64,000 bases of DNA from Azolla caroliniana (GCA_043228905.1 JBHGNT010000012.1:19344001-19408000), one strand, 5' to 3'; shown: positions 1 to 13,981, numbered from the stretch's first letter. The notes: generated from the letters alone by a model not told the origin. Translations and numbers: made by a program.

Positions 1-1451
1 AAGGAAGTTTGAAACTTGGAAGCCAAGATGGTTATTTCTTGCTTCTCCAAAGCCATTATGGTATTGGATATAAAATCAATCAGCAATCATGTTCGATTGT
101 GGTTTGAAGTCGAGTAGAGGTCATTAACCCTTGTGACAAGATCCAAGGAAACTATAGTGGTAGTTTTCCATTTCTTGTTACTAGGAATGTCAACCGCCAT
201 TTTGGTGATCATGGAATGCACTTTATCTGTTGAAACTTGGTTTATAAAGAAAGAGCTCGAACCACCAAAGGGGGCCTAAGAAAGAGTTCTGAATTGTTAA
301 CATGTCTTTTTACCTGGCAATAAAGCCAATGGTTTCCTTTCCATATAATTTGTATTTTGTGGATTTGGCTTTTGTTAACTAATGGGAGGATTTTCTTTTT
401 GGGGAAAACAAAGCCAATGATTATTTGTTTTGACTTTGATAGTAAATACCTTAAGAGTCACAATTGATGATTATTGAGCATGACGGGGTTTTAAAGGTTC
501 TCCTTAAGGGTGTAATGAGGGTGATCTTGATCAAAGCTAAAGTTTGTGTAGAGGACATGGAAATAGCGAGAATGATGGGTATGAGAATGATGGGGGTTCC
601 TCTTCTTTGGCTTGCCTTTGAAGCTCCTACTAATCATATAGGGCACATAACTTAATCTTTGGTAACAATGAAGGGAATATAGTTTGGAAGCATTTCTATA
701 GAGCTTGGTCTCATTTAAAATATCCTTTTGAGGAGTGATTGTCACAATCTTATTATTGGTCTCCTCACCCTCGAACATCATATTAACATACACCTTAGTT
801 GCGCCATTTATGAAATCCTTGATTATATCATTTCCTCCTCCCATCATCATCTTCACTTCCTTATCCAACTTACACCTCAATTCAGCTTGCCTTTCTTCCT
901 CCAAGAAGTATGCCAATGATTGTGATTGCGGATGAGATTTTGACATCATCAAACTCGACAATGAAAACAACAATGATGATGACATAATGAAGATTCAAAT
1001 TAATGGCATTGATGACATTATAAAGCCCAATGGGGCATTCTTGAACATGGTGACATCGTTGAGCATGACAATGATGATGTTGTTGTTGATGTAAAGTTAC
1101 ATGGAATTCCTTTCGATCCTATTCCTCCAAATTTGATAAGATCGTCACCATCCTTACAACTCCATCATGTGATGCATATGCATGCATACACTTTACTGAT
1201 ATAAAAAACACACATTAGGAACAAAGAAAAGTTTAGAACATTTAATACATAAGTACCAATCTTTACCTCCTCCATGTGATGAGAGGTAGGAGCAATGTCC
1301 ATGGGTCAATGCAATTATAGTTTGTCCCTTTTAAATAGGCTAACCAAAATATAAGTAGGTGTTAGATAAACTCAGAGCTATACTTTTGAAAAGTGTCTGT
1401 ATTGGTTTTGTTTCATTAGATAGCTTAGAGATAATGTGTATGAGAGAGCTA

Positions 1452-1452
<1 letters not shown>

Positions 1453-1535
<83 letters not shown>
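1453..1535. repeat. Compound (TG)n(AG)n microsatellite
   Basis: Uninterrupted TG run followed directly by an AG run. Confidence 0.97.
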
Positions 1536-1539
<4 letters not shown>

Positions 1540-3439
1540 GAGGAGATGTCTACTCTCAACCATGTCTTCACATTATGCTATATGCCCGCACTAGTCTCCC
1601 TACCTTGATCATGCAAGTCACTCTCTCAATTGTATAATAGTTTTGACTCTTATACGTGTGTGTGTGTGTGTTTGCAAGGCCATGTCAAGATATTCTCTAA
1701 GATATCCTTTCAACAGAAAATCATTGTTCCTTGTTGAATTACAAAGGGTAATATTGGTCCTATCCTTTGTATTCCTCAAACATATTGTCTTATGCCCTTC
1801 ATTGAAAACTAAATATGCCACACATGCTTAAAATCATAATTTACTATTTTGTGAAGACCATTCTTCCACAAAATCAATCAAATTGATCTGATAAAGACAA
1901 CTCAAAAACTTATATCTTGGGTTAATTAGGAATTAAGAAATTATGCTCGCAACAATTGACATATCATTTAATTGTGTAAGGGAAACTATACGGTTACATG
2001 CTATCTGAATAACATTATAATTAGAGTGTTTATTCACGTGAGTCATGACCACAATTCACACACTTAGTTTTGTGGCGACAATGCTTAGTAATTGATCATT
2101 TTCAAAGCATTGTGATTAGTGCTAATCAAAATCACAATCTTGTCGCTAAGACTATACCAACCACCATGCCAATTGCATGACAAGTCACATTGTGAATTAT
2201 ACATTCATCATTAAGTCTAGTGCTTTTAATGCCATTGCGCAATGTGATTAGTTCATGCCTCCCAATCATTCAACTGGTTTTGTGGAAGAGGGATTTAGCA
2301 AATTAGTGATGTATAAATTTTCAAGCATGTGAGGCACATCACTCGTTGAACAATGGAATACAACCATATCTTCAGAAATACAAAGGGCAAACCCAAAATT
2401 GTCCCTAAGTATATGAGGGGGAGTATCGATAAGTTCATTTTTGTCACCACATTTCTTTCCCATCAGTTTCATAGCTAGAGCCATGAGACCTAATACTAAA
2501 AAGTATTGACTTTGTGAGCCATAAAATTAGAATAGGAAAGAGCAAAATTAGTTGAAGATTATAGAAATACTACTACTTACCTAGACAAGACTAGCATTTC
2601 ATTTTAATAGATTCTTTAAAAATCCTTACTATTCATATTGAACCTTAGTTTTAACTTGATACCACTCAATTTTGTATTATTCATTGATATCAATCAAAAT
2701 CCAAGTTTACAATTCAAGGCTTTAAAGAGAATAAACCAGCTATATGGTTTAAGATATATGAAAACATGTGTGAGGCAACATTTTAATACATTTAAAAAGT
2801 TTTTTAAATTTAGTAAGATGTAGTTGTTAGATACAACAATTATTTCAATTATTTATGTTTGTTTTTTAAAATTGTTTCAAAACTCAACACTCCAAAGGAC
2901 GAGCTTCGCATGACCTCTCCCTCTCTTGTGACCTTCTGTTGAAGGATTTGTGGCTACTCTTTAACAACAAATTTGTACATGTGGGTTTTCATCTCATTGT
3001 CAATATTCTTTTGTTGCATTTCTTGCACACATTGTGGGGTTTCATCTCACTTTGTGGTTTCACAATACCAATGTTAGTTATTAATAATCTTCTTCTTCTT
3101 TTCCCCAAAAAGAAGCTACTTTCCCATTAGTTAGGAGAGATTATTATAGAAAGACTATACAAGGTGGCTCATACATAAATCGGGGAATCACCCTCCGACC
3201 AAGTTCAAGAAATGAGACTACGTACATATCCTTTTAAACTAGCTACTTAATGTAAGTAGGTACCTATAACTTATGAATTGAATACCAATAATAAGCAATA
3301 AATATTTAGATTAAGAAAATAATAGTTTGATGGTGTTTAACGACACTATCCACCCCCAACCAAAGCATAAGACACAAAGGTAAAATATGGCCAATGTCCC
3401 ATACCACTAAATATTACCTTATGTTATACGTTGGATAGG

Positions 3440-4480
3440 AGATGAATTGATAAAAAAGCAGAGAGATTTGTTGCCCTTCAAAGCATTTCAAGGTTGAAAC
3501 CGATGTTAGTGATTATGGAATTAGCGTTGTTCTTTACTAAGACATGAAACATATTGTTTTTGAGAGTATGAAACTTGACTCTACTCTACCTCGGTATTCA
3601 ATTCTAGAAAAAAACATTGTTACGATCATTCATGCACTTAAAAGTTGGAGATGTTATTTGTATGGAATTTGATTTTTTTGGTCACAATAAACCACTATTC
3701 TTTAAACCATTTTTGCAATCAACATGATTTTGTTGGTCAAGATGATATTATCTCATTCAAGACTTATATTTTCTATTTGTTATTACAAAGATTCAATGCA
3801 ACATAGTTATTGATGCACTTAATCAATTTCAGGACGTTAACGTCTTTAGCTTTACTAATTAAAAATATGATCTGTTTTTTATCAACCTTTAAGGGCAATA
3901 CCTCGATGACAAATTCATTAAAATATATTGATGAGATTTGAATTTAGTAAAGGTGCCATTTTAATCAGCACACCCTTAAAGTCAACTTTTCACATTTCTA
4001 ATTGTCCTACTATATCGTAATGCAAATGTTTGTGTTTTAGATCTCCCTCAGGTAAAAAAACCAACTCCTTTTTAGTTTCATAATACACCCTCATCTAGGC
4101 ACCCTAGAATAAATCGAACACTCGGTCCAAATCTTTACAAAAGTTTTTCAACCTAAATTACGCCACTATATGCAAATTTATGTAATCAAATGTTTGAAAT
4201 GTTAGATGAATAATCTCGAGCAGCCGAAAGATACATATCATTTCCATCGATTAGATATTTATGATAATAAAAAATAAAGTATATCTAAAGAAATTATTGT
4301 TTCTCTACATTAAACACCATGAGGTCATGACTCTAGATAAGTCTATGTGGCTGTTGTTGATTGACTAAGAAAATTAACTAGATTTGAACCAATTAAAACA
4401 ATAGCGACAATTCATGAATTCAATTACCAACATTGACACGTTATTCAGATTTACGGGTTACCAATGGATGCCATCTTGAG
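3440..4480 (+). pseudogene. Heavily decayed Ty3/Gypsy pol remnant (RNase H + integrase N-terminus)
   Basis: Manual translation across stops and frameshifts gives 'KHFKVETDVSDYGISVVL...IVFESMKL...RYSILEKNIVTIIHALKSWRCYLYG' (Gypsy RNase H) and 'HNTPSS.HP.INRTL...C..C' (integrase Zn-binding). Boundaries approximate. Confidence 0.7.
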
Positions 4481-7073
4481 ATGTAAAGACTTTATTGGGG
4501 AGGCACACCTCTCTCCTTTCATATTTGTTCATTTTAATATTGAAGATATACAATAAGATAATATTTGGTGGTATGCGACATCAATCATATTTTATGTTCC
4601 TCTCTTGTCCTCGTTTGAGGGTGATTGGTGTTGTTGGTGTTGTTGGTGTTGTTAAGCACTCTTTAACCATTCTTTTCTTAATCTAAATACATATTCTTTT
4701 CTAATCTTTAGTATTTTGATTTGTACTACCCTCTAAACAAGTTTGGTTATAGGTACTTACATTAAGTAGTCAGTCCGAAAGGCAATGTAACTAGTCTCAT
4801 TTTCTTTAACTTGATCGGAGGTAGATTCCTCGATCTATGTATAAGCCTCCTTGTATAGTCTTTTTGTAATAATCCTTCCTAACTAATGGGAAAGTAGCTT
4901 CATTTTGGGGAAAAAAAAAAGTTTGGTTATAGAAATTATGCTATTTTCTTTCTTGAGCATTTGAAGAGTAACACAAAAATATCTCACAATGGAGCATTAG
5001 AGAGCTCCATTTTCGTTTTATGGCATTTCATTGTTGCAATAACTAGAGGTTGTGTAGTCATACTCGAAGAAAAGAAAGAAATATGTAGTGTTCCAAGTAG
5101 CGGAACTTCCGTAAAATCATTAAATTTGATATCAACATTTGTCTTAAGCAAATATAAGTTTGTGAGACCCTTTGATTCTGACAAGAACCCCCTAACAAAA
5201 GAAAGATCAATCAAACATGTGTTTTGCGAAAAGAAGGAATTGCCAATATAGTGTGCAAAAACAAATGATGATCTAGGGGGTTTTATGAGGAACAAAGTTT
5301 TTCTTTTAACACCCTTCTCATTCAATGTAATATATTATATTTTAGAGTTAATGCCCTACAGGGCAATAGTAAATTTAGTCAAGAGTTACATGAATTGCTA
5401 CACTATTGTTTTTCTTCAAGTTTTAGTAAATAGACACTAACCATCTACTATTGGAAGAATTTCTTAGGTAAGAGGAGACGAGAACTAAAAGTGTCGCCAA
5501 CCCTCCCTAGCTTTGCAACATTTAACCCCGCGACCCACATGGACAATTGCCCCTTTGGAAAAGTGAGAGATGATGATAGCTCGTTCTTTTCGAAACACTC
5601 TCAAATATGTACATGAGTGGATAAATTATGAGCAATACTCCAAAATGGGCCTCATCATGCCACCAAACTAGCGGATTTATGCCACCAAACTAGCGGATTT
5701 ATGCACATGTTATTATAAATTGAATTGCAATGGTAAGTCATTTGGTTTTCAATTATGGTCCAATTATTATAAGTTATCATGGATATTAACTCCAGAACGA
5801 TTTTTTCTTTGGCCAATAGAGGGTGGTTCTCAAATAATTTGCGCATAGTAAACACTATTTACAAACACAAAAGGCATAGTTCCAAATGAACCCTTATACC
5901 AAAAGCCATATTGATGTTTATTTGATGAACCCTTGTGCCACAAGCCAAATGAACCCTTCTACCATGAGTCACATTGACTACAATGCTAGATAAGATGCAT
6001 GAATACTACATGATTGGAACAAGTATGTATATGAATACAATATGGAAGTGAAGAACCTTGGCCAAATAAAGAAAGAACAAGTGTTAGATTAGAATATGTG
6101 TTTTGTCTATCACGTGATTCTTTACTTTTAACTAGCCATAATTTATGGTACAATTTGCACACATGATATGACACAATCCATACATATGCTACTCACCAAC
6201 GATACTGAGGCTGAATACATTCTCATCCATAAATCCTAATAAAACCAATAACTAACAAACAAGCAAGCTTTGTCTCTAGGTTAGCATTACAATAAAAATT
6301 TGGCATGTATGGGCAAATTTGCTACACCTAGGGGGTGTCAAATCCAAGTGGAAAGGTATCCACACAACATGTGTACGACAATGAGTATGCTTGATAGATA
6401 CTGACTTAGGAAAAGGCCATGTTCATATCCATCCATCCAAGTACGCCCATTCAAATAAATGTGAATGTAGTAGTCGTGGCTTTACAATGGTAGGACATAT
6501 CCAAGCAATGTATCTTGTAAAGGCAGGCATTTAGTTGAGTAAGTTATGTGTGCTATAAATGTAATGTTGATGTATGAAGCCAGTTACGAAATCCTCCATG
6601 TGTGTACCATTTTCTTTTTTCTTCTAAAAGAGGCTCCTTATATAGCTAGGTGGTCAGATTGATCATTGATGGCTACATGTGCAAAATTTTGAATTGCCCA
6701 AACCAAGTTGCCACTAAAAAAGATGACAACTTTTTGCTTTTTTGCTTTGGTTTATCTTTGAAGAAAAAGAATAGAATAACAACTAATTTTGGGCTTTTTA
6801 AATTTTTATTTTATTTTTTACAAAAGGTAAGATAATGAAGTGTGAAGAGAAGAACATTCTAACTACTTAAGCCTCCCCTCCAATTTACTCATGATTTTCA
6901 AAGCTTTTACAATTACATCATATTGTTTGTCTTCTTCCTTTGCCTCTTACTCAATTTTATGACTCTCTCTCTCTCTCTCTCTCTACTCATAATCCTCCTA
7001 ATAGAATAGGACACAATTCTCTTGTGCATTTCCTCACTCTTCCCTAAACATGTGGGTTTGTGCCTTCGGCATT

Positions 7074-7554
7074 TCAATCGTGGACATTCGAAACTCGTTC
7101 GAGCCGCTCTCGAGCGGGACCGCTACTATTCGGATCGATGAGCTCCCCTTTCTGCCTTCTCATTTCAATGACTCTTCGGTGCGAATTGGAGTGGACATTC
7201 TCGTTAAAGGTCGGGCTCGCGGATGGCCGGTATTCCGGACAAAGCCGGCCCGACTTATACCTCACCCCGCATGCATTGCACAAGGTTTTAGGGCCCATCG
7301 GGCCGGCTCTCCATTGGGGCGTCTTTTGTGTGGCACAATGGAGGCATTTCCTTACCGGGGCCTCGTCTTGCGCTTTGGTTTTCTCGAGCTTGGGGGGCTT
7401 GTTGATCTTTCCCCGCCTATCCGGCTCCTCGAGCCTCCGGAACTTCTTCCCCTCTCGGCATTTCGCATTGCTACTCAGTTTAAACCCGCGTTCACATGGA
7501 CGCGTATCGCCATCATCATCCTCCTCATTGTCATCATCTTCGGCTTCTTCGTTG

Positions 7555-7585
<31 letters not shown>

Positions 7586-8418
7586 GGTCATAGTATGTAG
7601 AGAACATGTCCGAATCCGAAGATGTGGCTGTGATAGTGGTATTAGTTGTTGTGGATGTAGTGGTAGAATATGAGCTCTCTAGGATTATGCTCTGTGAGGC
7701 ATCTTCGGACAGTATCCTCGAGTTCCAGAAACACGCGGGCGTGGTGCGATGCCTCTTGGTCCGGGGCCGGCCGCGACGACGGCACGGCATTTGGCCGGAC
7801 ATTTCGTCGCCCAAGAAGCTCGATTGGGCCGACATTTGGCCGGACACTTCGTCCCCGAAGCTCCGTAATGTTCCTGGACAATCCGTGCCCGAATTGTGCG
7901 CGGATTGCCCACACGAAGAAGAGAAAGACTCCTCGACAAAGTTGGATAGCCATTCTAGCTCCGCCGATTCGTCGCACTAGAGAAAGCAAATAAAAAGGAG
8001 GCAACACAAAACACACAAGAAAAAAGAGATGAGTGGAGGGTCTTTTTCCATAGGGAGCATATCAGGAGCTCAAATTCCCTTACCCAGGAAACGAAAGAGT
8101 CCGAGTTCAATTCCTTACCGGGACGAAAGAGGCGTCGAATGCGGCGAGAGAGAGCTTCTTCTCCACAATTGGAGGAGGAGTTGGATGAGGAGAAGGGTTG
8201 TGGGGTATGTTTGAGTAGGCAATTATGGAAGAAGAAGAAGAAGAAGAAGAAGAAGAAGAAATGGCATTGGTGAAAGGAAGAAAGGGGGTTTGCTCAATTG
8301 GGCTATTATGGTTATGGTGGTTAGTGCTAATGTCTTCTTCATTGGAGAAGTCTAAGAGGTCTTCAATGGCAAGGATGTCAGGGTCAGGGTAATAGGGATG
8401 GTGATGGCCAATGTCCAT
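7074..8418 (-). CDS. GATA transcription factor, plant subfamily A; 2 exons (8418-8119, 7976-7074), ~400 aa
   Basis: C-X2-C-X18-C-X2-C finger [44 protein letters not shown]. Class-A N-terminal motifs '[10 protein letters not shown]' (exon 1) and '[14 protein letters not shown]' (start of exon 2). A phase-0 GT..AG intron joins FVP|[10 protein letters not shown] in frame (300 + 903 nt). Confidence 0.95.
7977..8118 (-). other. 142-nt spliceosomal intron of the GATA gene
   Basis: Donor CCG|GTAAGG at 8118; pyrimidine-rich acceptor TTTGCTTTCTCTAG| at 7977; position matches the usual VP^xD junction of class-A GATA genes. Confidence 0.9.
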
Positions 8419-8439
8419 GGCAAAACAAATGCTCTTAAG

Positions 8440-8524
8440 AGCCAGAGCCAGAGCCAGAGCCAGAGAGAGAGAGAGAGAGCTACAAAGGGGAAGGAAGAAG
8501 TGGAAGGAAGAGTATGTATAGAGT

Positions 8525-8560
<36 letters not shown>

Positions 8561-8625
8561 ACAAAGCGGAAGGAATAAGTGAAGGAAGAGTATGTATAAT
8601 AGAGTGTAGAGAGAGAGAGAGAGAG
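8440..8625 (-). promoter_or_regulatory. GATA 5'UTR/proximal promoter with (GA/CT)n tracts and a duplicated ~44-bp block
   Basis: GAGCTACAAAG(G/C)GGAAGGAA(G/T)AAGTG(G)AAGGAAGAGTATGTATA occurs at ~8477-8520 and ~8556-8598, each flanked by GA repeats, directly upstream of the ATG at 8418. Confidence 0.55.
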
Positions 8626-8689
8626 ATGGTCACATTTTCTTATTCAGCTCCCACAAAGAAGGGTGGGAGGCAGTCTAGTCTGTCTCTCT

Positions 8690-8930
8690 CTACTTTCTCT
8701 CTCTTCCCCTGTTTCCCTACTCTCTCTTTTACTCTCTCTCTCTCCCTTCCCCTGTTCTCTCCACTTTCTCTCTCCTCCCCTGTTTCCCTACTCTCTCTCT
8801 CTCTCCCTCTTCCCCTGTTTCCCTCTTGTCTCTACTTTCTCTCTCTTCCCCTGTTTCCCTCTTGTTTCTACTTTCTCTCTCTTCCCCTGTTTTCCTCTTG
8901 TCTCTACTTTCTCTCTCTTCCCCTGTTTCT
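8690..8930. repeat. Pyrimidine-rich minisatellite (~33-bp unit CTCTTCCCCTGTTTCCCTCTTGTCTCTACTTTCT)
   Basis: Several near-identical tandem copies visible; they produce the spurious 'SLPLF.SC.YFL' repeat ORFs. Confidence 0.85.
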
Positions 8931-9147
8931 CCTCCTCCTCCTCTCTCTCTCTCTCTTCTCTGTTTCTCCCTCACTTCCTGTTTTCTCTTCCATGTCTCCT
9001 CCACTTTTGACTGCATTGTTTTTTAATACCACCAAAATGGTCCTTCTCCTTTCCTACCTTTGTTTTTCATGTAGAAGGAGATATGAAGAGAGAGAAAGAA
9101 GAAAGAAAGAAAGAAATATTAACGTCTTCTAAGGCCAAAATTGGCCC

Positions 9148-9182
<35 letters not shown>

Positions 9183-11196
9183 GACACCTCCAAATGTAGA
9201 GGAGGCAGCTAAAACTAAACAAAACAATCCACACACACACACAATCACTAGAAAACAAAGCTCCATTTTAAAAATCAAATGTAGAGGGTTCACTTTCTTT
9301 GGTTCAAAAACTCAAGGGCAAAAAAAAAGAACAATTCAAAGAGGAAAAATCTCCAAAAGCATTTTGTGTACATTTCCAAAAACATTTCACACCTTTTGAA
9401 AACTATATGGTAACCTCTCTTTTTTGAGTAAGGCCGAAGAGAACCCCTCCCCCCCCCCCCCCCTCCTTTTCCTCGTTCTTCTGTATCATATATATCTTCA
9501 TGCCTCTCTTTACTTCTGACATCACAGTTCCATCAACAACTGGCACCAGCATTCGCTCGTCTCTCCCTTCCCTTTGCAAAAGTGAAGGCAACGTAAACTT
9601 TATTATTATTTTTCTTTTGATCGAAACCAGAGTTGTGTTAGGAGGAATGAATGATACACCAACTAAAACGACTCCCCATTATATACCAACTGAACTTGTT
9701 CCCATTAGTCAAGTCGAGACAACATAGTATCGATTGACCAGATAGGTTTGAATGTTAGGCCATATCCACGGGAATGCTTATGACTTCGTATGTGAATTTG
9801 CATTATCGAGGAGTTCAATTGCTAGGTAGCATGGAATGAAAATGTTAATTACTCATGCACTTCTATTTATTTATGTACTAGTTGAAACACTTGGGGTATA
9901 TGTTGACGGGATAGTCGCTACTTTTTAACCTTATGGAGGGGTGTATGCCCAAATTGCTGCATATCCGGAAGAAATCGACAAAAACAACCACAAAAACTAA
10001 AACGTATGTATCGTCCACCTAGAAGTTGTTATCTTGTGGGAGGAGGGTATGGGTCTTCTGAGATTGAGAGACAAATGATAATGTACTTTTACATCCTTCA
10101 ACCATTTTTGTGCAATTCAAGCCTCATGTTCATAATACATATCCTTGACCATTTTTTATTACCTAATGCTATACACACAATGTACATACATAGATAATGA
10201 GTCTACCAATTACCATTTTTGAGAGTGTGTTCCATAGTAAATTACAAGCATTGTGAATCATGGGGAAGTAAGTGAACACACTTTTTGCTCGGAACTATTG
10301 CATGGATGGAGACAATGCATTGAATGACATGTGGGCACCTTTGGTTCATAACCACCCTAAGAAGGCAAAAAGGTGGTACAAAGGTGATAGTAAATGTGGC
10401 TAGCTTATTTTGCCCACTTTGTTGGAATTGCCATTGCAATTTTTTTCTTGTAAGAAATCCATATCTAGGAAAGTCTCCACATGCACATCCACTTTATTCC
10501 ATTTCAATGTTGTAACAACAAATAATATTGTACATGACTGAAGGCATGGTTTTGCCATGTGTTTGTGTTTACCCTAGATATAGATATAATATTGTCAAAA
10601 AATGAAGTTATTACACACTATTGGTACAACATACAGTTAATTTTAGTCGACAAGGTAGTGTTTTGGTGAGAAAGAAAACATAGGTTCCACGAATGTAGCA
10701 AACCTCTACTCTCAACCAAAAGTAGCATAACCTTTATATTTTATATATGATTTTTTTTTGTTACTTCCTTTTAACATGGGAGAAGTTTAGATGTGTGAAG
10801 CATGTTCAATATTCAATAATAGTATGTAATAAAGAGAAAGGAGACTTTTGTAGATAGGCAAGAGGGAAGCATCCACTCCATGTGCGTCAAATATCAAAAC
10901 TACACTCTACCTGCTTTTCCAATACATGGAAGCCTTTAATGTATAGCTAAATTTGTTAATGTATGCTCAGAACGTGCACATGACCCTTTCAAACAAGGGA
11001 TCATGCGAGGTAAGATGATGAAAAGAAAATGTATGCAATGGTGATCAGAACATGTTTTGAACTCCCCCTTTGAAGAAAATAATAATACAACCAAAGAATT
11101 TTGCAAGTACATGTGTGCACACTTGTGTTCTAGTAACACACCACTCATGTACCAAACAAGCTTCTAAACAATTTGTATTTTTATGGATAGATAGTA

Positions 11197-11509
11197 GGGA
11201 AAAGTACCAAGATACCCCTTGAAGTTCGTCTATTTACCAGAATGCCCCTGGAAGTTCCAAATTTACCAAACTACCCCTATGTCCAAAAAATTACACTTTA
11301 TAAAGTAATTATACACTCAAATATTTGGTAAATAGGGCTAGTTTGGGTCCATTTCTTCCATCTTTGGTCAATAGGGCTTTTAGATTTGAGTGTATAAATA
11401 CTTTATAAAGTGTAATTTTTTGGACATAGGGGTAGTTTGGTAAATTTGGAACTTCCAAGGGCATTCTAGTAAATAGACGAACTTCCAGGGGTATCCTGGT
11501 ACTTTTCCC
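11197..11509. mobile_element. Mutator-superfamily foldback MITE (313 bp)
   Basis: ~126-bp TIRs (11197-11322 and 11384-11509; GGGAAAAGTACC...GGTACTTTTCCC); perfect 9-bp TSD TAGATAGTA at 11188-11196 and 11510-11518; no coding capacity. Confidence 0.93.
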
Positions 11510-12745
11510 TAGATAGTATCATGTTGATGTTTCTCTTCTCTACAATGTCCAATTATACGCATTTCAATACGAAATACCAATATGTTCTTGTTTTTCTTAG
11601 AGCATTCACTTTAATGGTTGATTGTTGATTTTTTCTCTTTCTTGTCTTCATATCTCATAAAAATGAAGGCTCTGGATTTTTCATTTTTTGCTCTTTCTTG
11701 TCTCATATCACATTAAAATGAAGGTGTTGGATAAGTTCTAAAAATGTAGATGTTATAATGTTATGCTAGATGACACACAAGTCCCAATTTAAGTAGAAGA
11801 GTTTGAGGATTTGGTTGAGATTTAGTTCAATAAGCTCCATGGTTCATGGTAGAGATGTATGTAGCTCAACCATCAAGGTTTCTTGTTGCCATTCACTTAA
11901 TTGTGAAGAAATCCAAGGATGGGTAATGAGACACCGAGGAGCATGCATAATATTTTCCGTATGCCTAAGATTTTCTTTCTTAACTCAAATTATGCTTGTA
12001 TAATAGCTATATCCTATGACCCTCATCGATTGCTATGACATATGGTTAGAGATAAAATGCAATGACAAATGAAAATTTATTATTTCATACATGAAACTAT
12101 CGTCTCTATAACATGGCCACACATCACATTCAACATTCTAAAAAGGTAATGTAGTGCACCCTCACATAAGATTGCACTAGTTTTTGTTAATTATATCTTG
12201 GTTACACTTTGATATTTTAGAAGTTCGGCCATATATTCTAATATTTGAATGATGGATGCTCCTAATGGCGTGCAAGATGATAAAAGAAAAACCCGCAAAT
12301 GAGTTTGAGCTTATATGATGACTGTGATTGTTGCATATGTCAAATAACCCAATAATCCATGCCCTATTCATCACAAATTTCCTTTGCAGAGTTAATAAGC
12401 TCATAAATCGTATAGTATATATTTCACAGTTGTAAAATACTTTGCATATAATGCATATGCCAAATATTAAAAAAGTATTCTCCTTGAAAAACAACTTAGA
12501 ATACATATTCTAAAGATAAAAAATGTAGAATACGTTATGATGTGGTGTATGTGAAGGGAGAAAGCGCCAAAACTTCAAGTTCACAATACATGTACTCGTT
12601 TTTTGATAACCAAAAAGAAACTATATTCAATCTTTTGATATAACAAGTCACACAATTGATATTACAAAATGTGTGATAGTTGTCAATTTCACATTCAAAA
12701 GCAAGAGTTTTGGAAGTAATGTTGTCGCAATGACGCCAGGGCGTG

Positions 12746-13981
12746 TGTTACGCGAGGTCCTAAACCAGGGAGGAAAACCTTTGAATCCCTTTTGGATTGC
12801 CTCATGTAATTTTCCCTCTTGTGAAATAGAGTTGTCAAGATAGAATGCTCGGCTTGAGGAAAATCTAAACTCAAATTGAGAAAAGATTTTATTTGAGTCG
12901 AGGAAAGCTTAGACCGAATGAAAGCCTTTGAGTTGAGGAAACTTAGGCTTGAGAAAACCTCAAAGTCGAGGTAAACCTTTGACTTGAGGAAACCTTAGTC
13001 TAGGAAATCCCTTCTCCTTTCGCCAATTCCGTTATTCGACCTCACTTCTCCTATCTCTCCCTCTCACCACGGTCACGCTCAAGTGGTTAACACAAAATTA
13101 CAGTTAAGTTCACTTTCCAAAAATAGAGTATAAATGGGGAGAATAAATTTAAGAGTTCTTTAATAGGAAAATAGTTTCAAAAAATTGACTAAACTAGAAG
13201 GAAGGACTCTTGAGTTTCGGTGGCCCGAACTCATGAGCAACAACCGTTGTCCCTTTTGCTACCATAGCTTTCCATGCCCTCTTTTGTGTCCTCTTGAAGA
13301 TCCTCCTTTCTTTGTCTCTTCCTCCTTCACTTGAGCAAGGAAACCTTAATGAAATATCCAAAAGAAGAGGAGGTGTCCACTCACCAACCCTAAAACAACC
13401 CAAGTAAGAAGTAGGAGAAGTGGTCCGATATCCACTCTAACAACACACAAGAAAACCCTAAACTCAAGAAAATGAAGAAGAAAAATACCTCACTGTTATG
13501 TACACATAACATAGGTGAGGGTAGGTCATTAATATTCACATAAGTGAAGGGTATGTTCACTAATGTTAAAAAGGGGACTAATGTGATTGGATAGAAGGAA
13601 TGATAGGTGCATGCACTCTCATGATTTGGACAACCAATGAATGGAAAGTCTTTTAGAAAGGCCCATCTATTCAAGGGGCCTAGGAAGAGGTATAAATATG
13701 AGGCTTAGCGACCGTCATAAGGACATTACGTTGGAAGGCTGTTGTCTTAGACACCGATGGTGCGGGCTAGGCTTTCGTCTCGACGATCCTGCTATCTCTT
13801 CCAAGGTATTAGTCATCCTAATATCCGGTGGTACGGGACGTCGGTGGTAGGTTGGCAATGTCTAGATCATAGCTCGGGGGTGGTTGGGTGGAACGGGTTC
13901 TTCTATCCAATATATTTTCCTTCTGTTTACTTTATTTTGGTCTATTGATTAGTAATAGACTCTTAACACTCGTATCAGAGC
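12746..13981 (+). mobile_element. Probable old LTR (TGTTA...TAACA, ~1.2 kb) followed by a degenerate tRNA-iMet PBS
   Basis: Termini TGTTA (12746) and TAACA (13968); TCGTATCAGAGC at 13970-13981 is one mismatch from TGGTATCAGAGC; TATAAATA near 13691. No partner LTR or coding region recognised. Confidence 0.45.

Noticed and set aside
491-985. 164-aa ORF and neighbouring short ORFs in 1-2500
   Set aside because: No recognisable motif or splice structure. May be decayed TE or gene sequence, but it cannot be supported from the sequence alone.
5657-5703. 22-bp tandem duplication ATGCCACCAAACTAGCGGATTT
   Set aside because: An isolated two-copy slippage or repair duplication with no further structure.
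7050-7993. Plus-strand ORFs (207, 177, 124 aa) overlapping GATA
   Set aside because: Antisense shadows of a GC-rich exon and its trinucleotide repeats.
8626-9132. Hydrophobic, Leu/Ser/Cys-rich ORFs upstream of GATA
   Set aside because: They are translations of CT microsatellite and minisatellite DNA with no domain signature.
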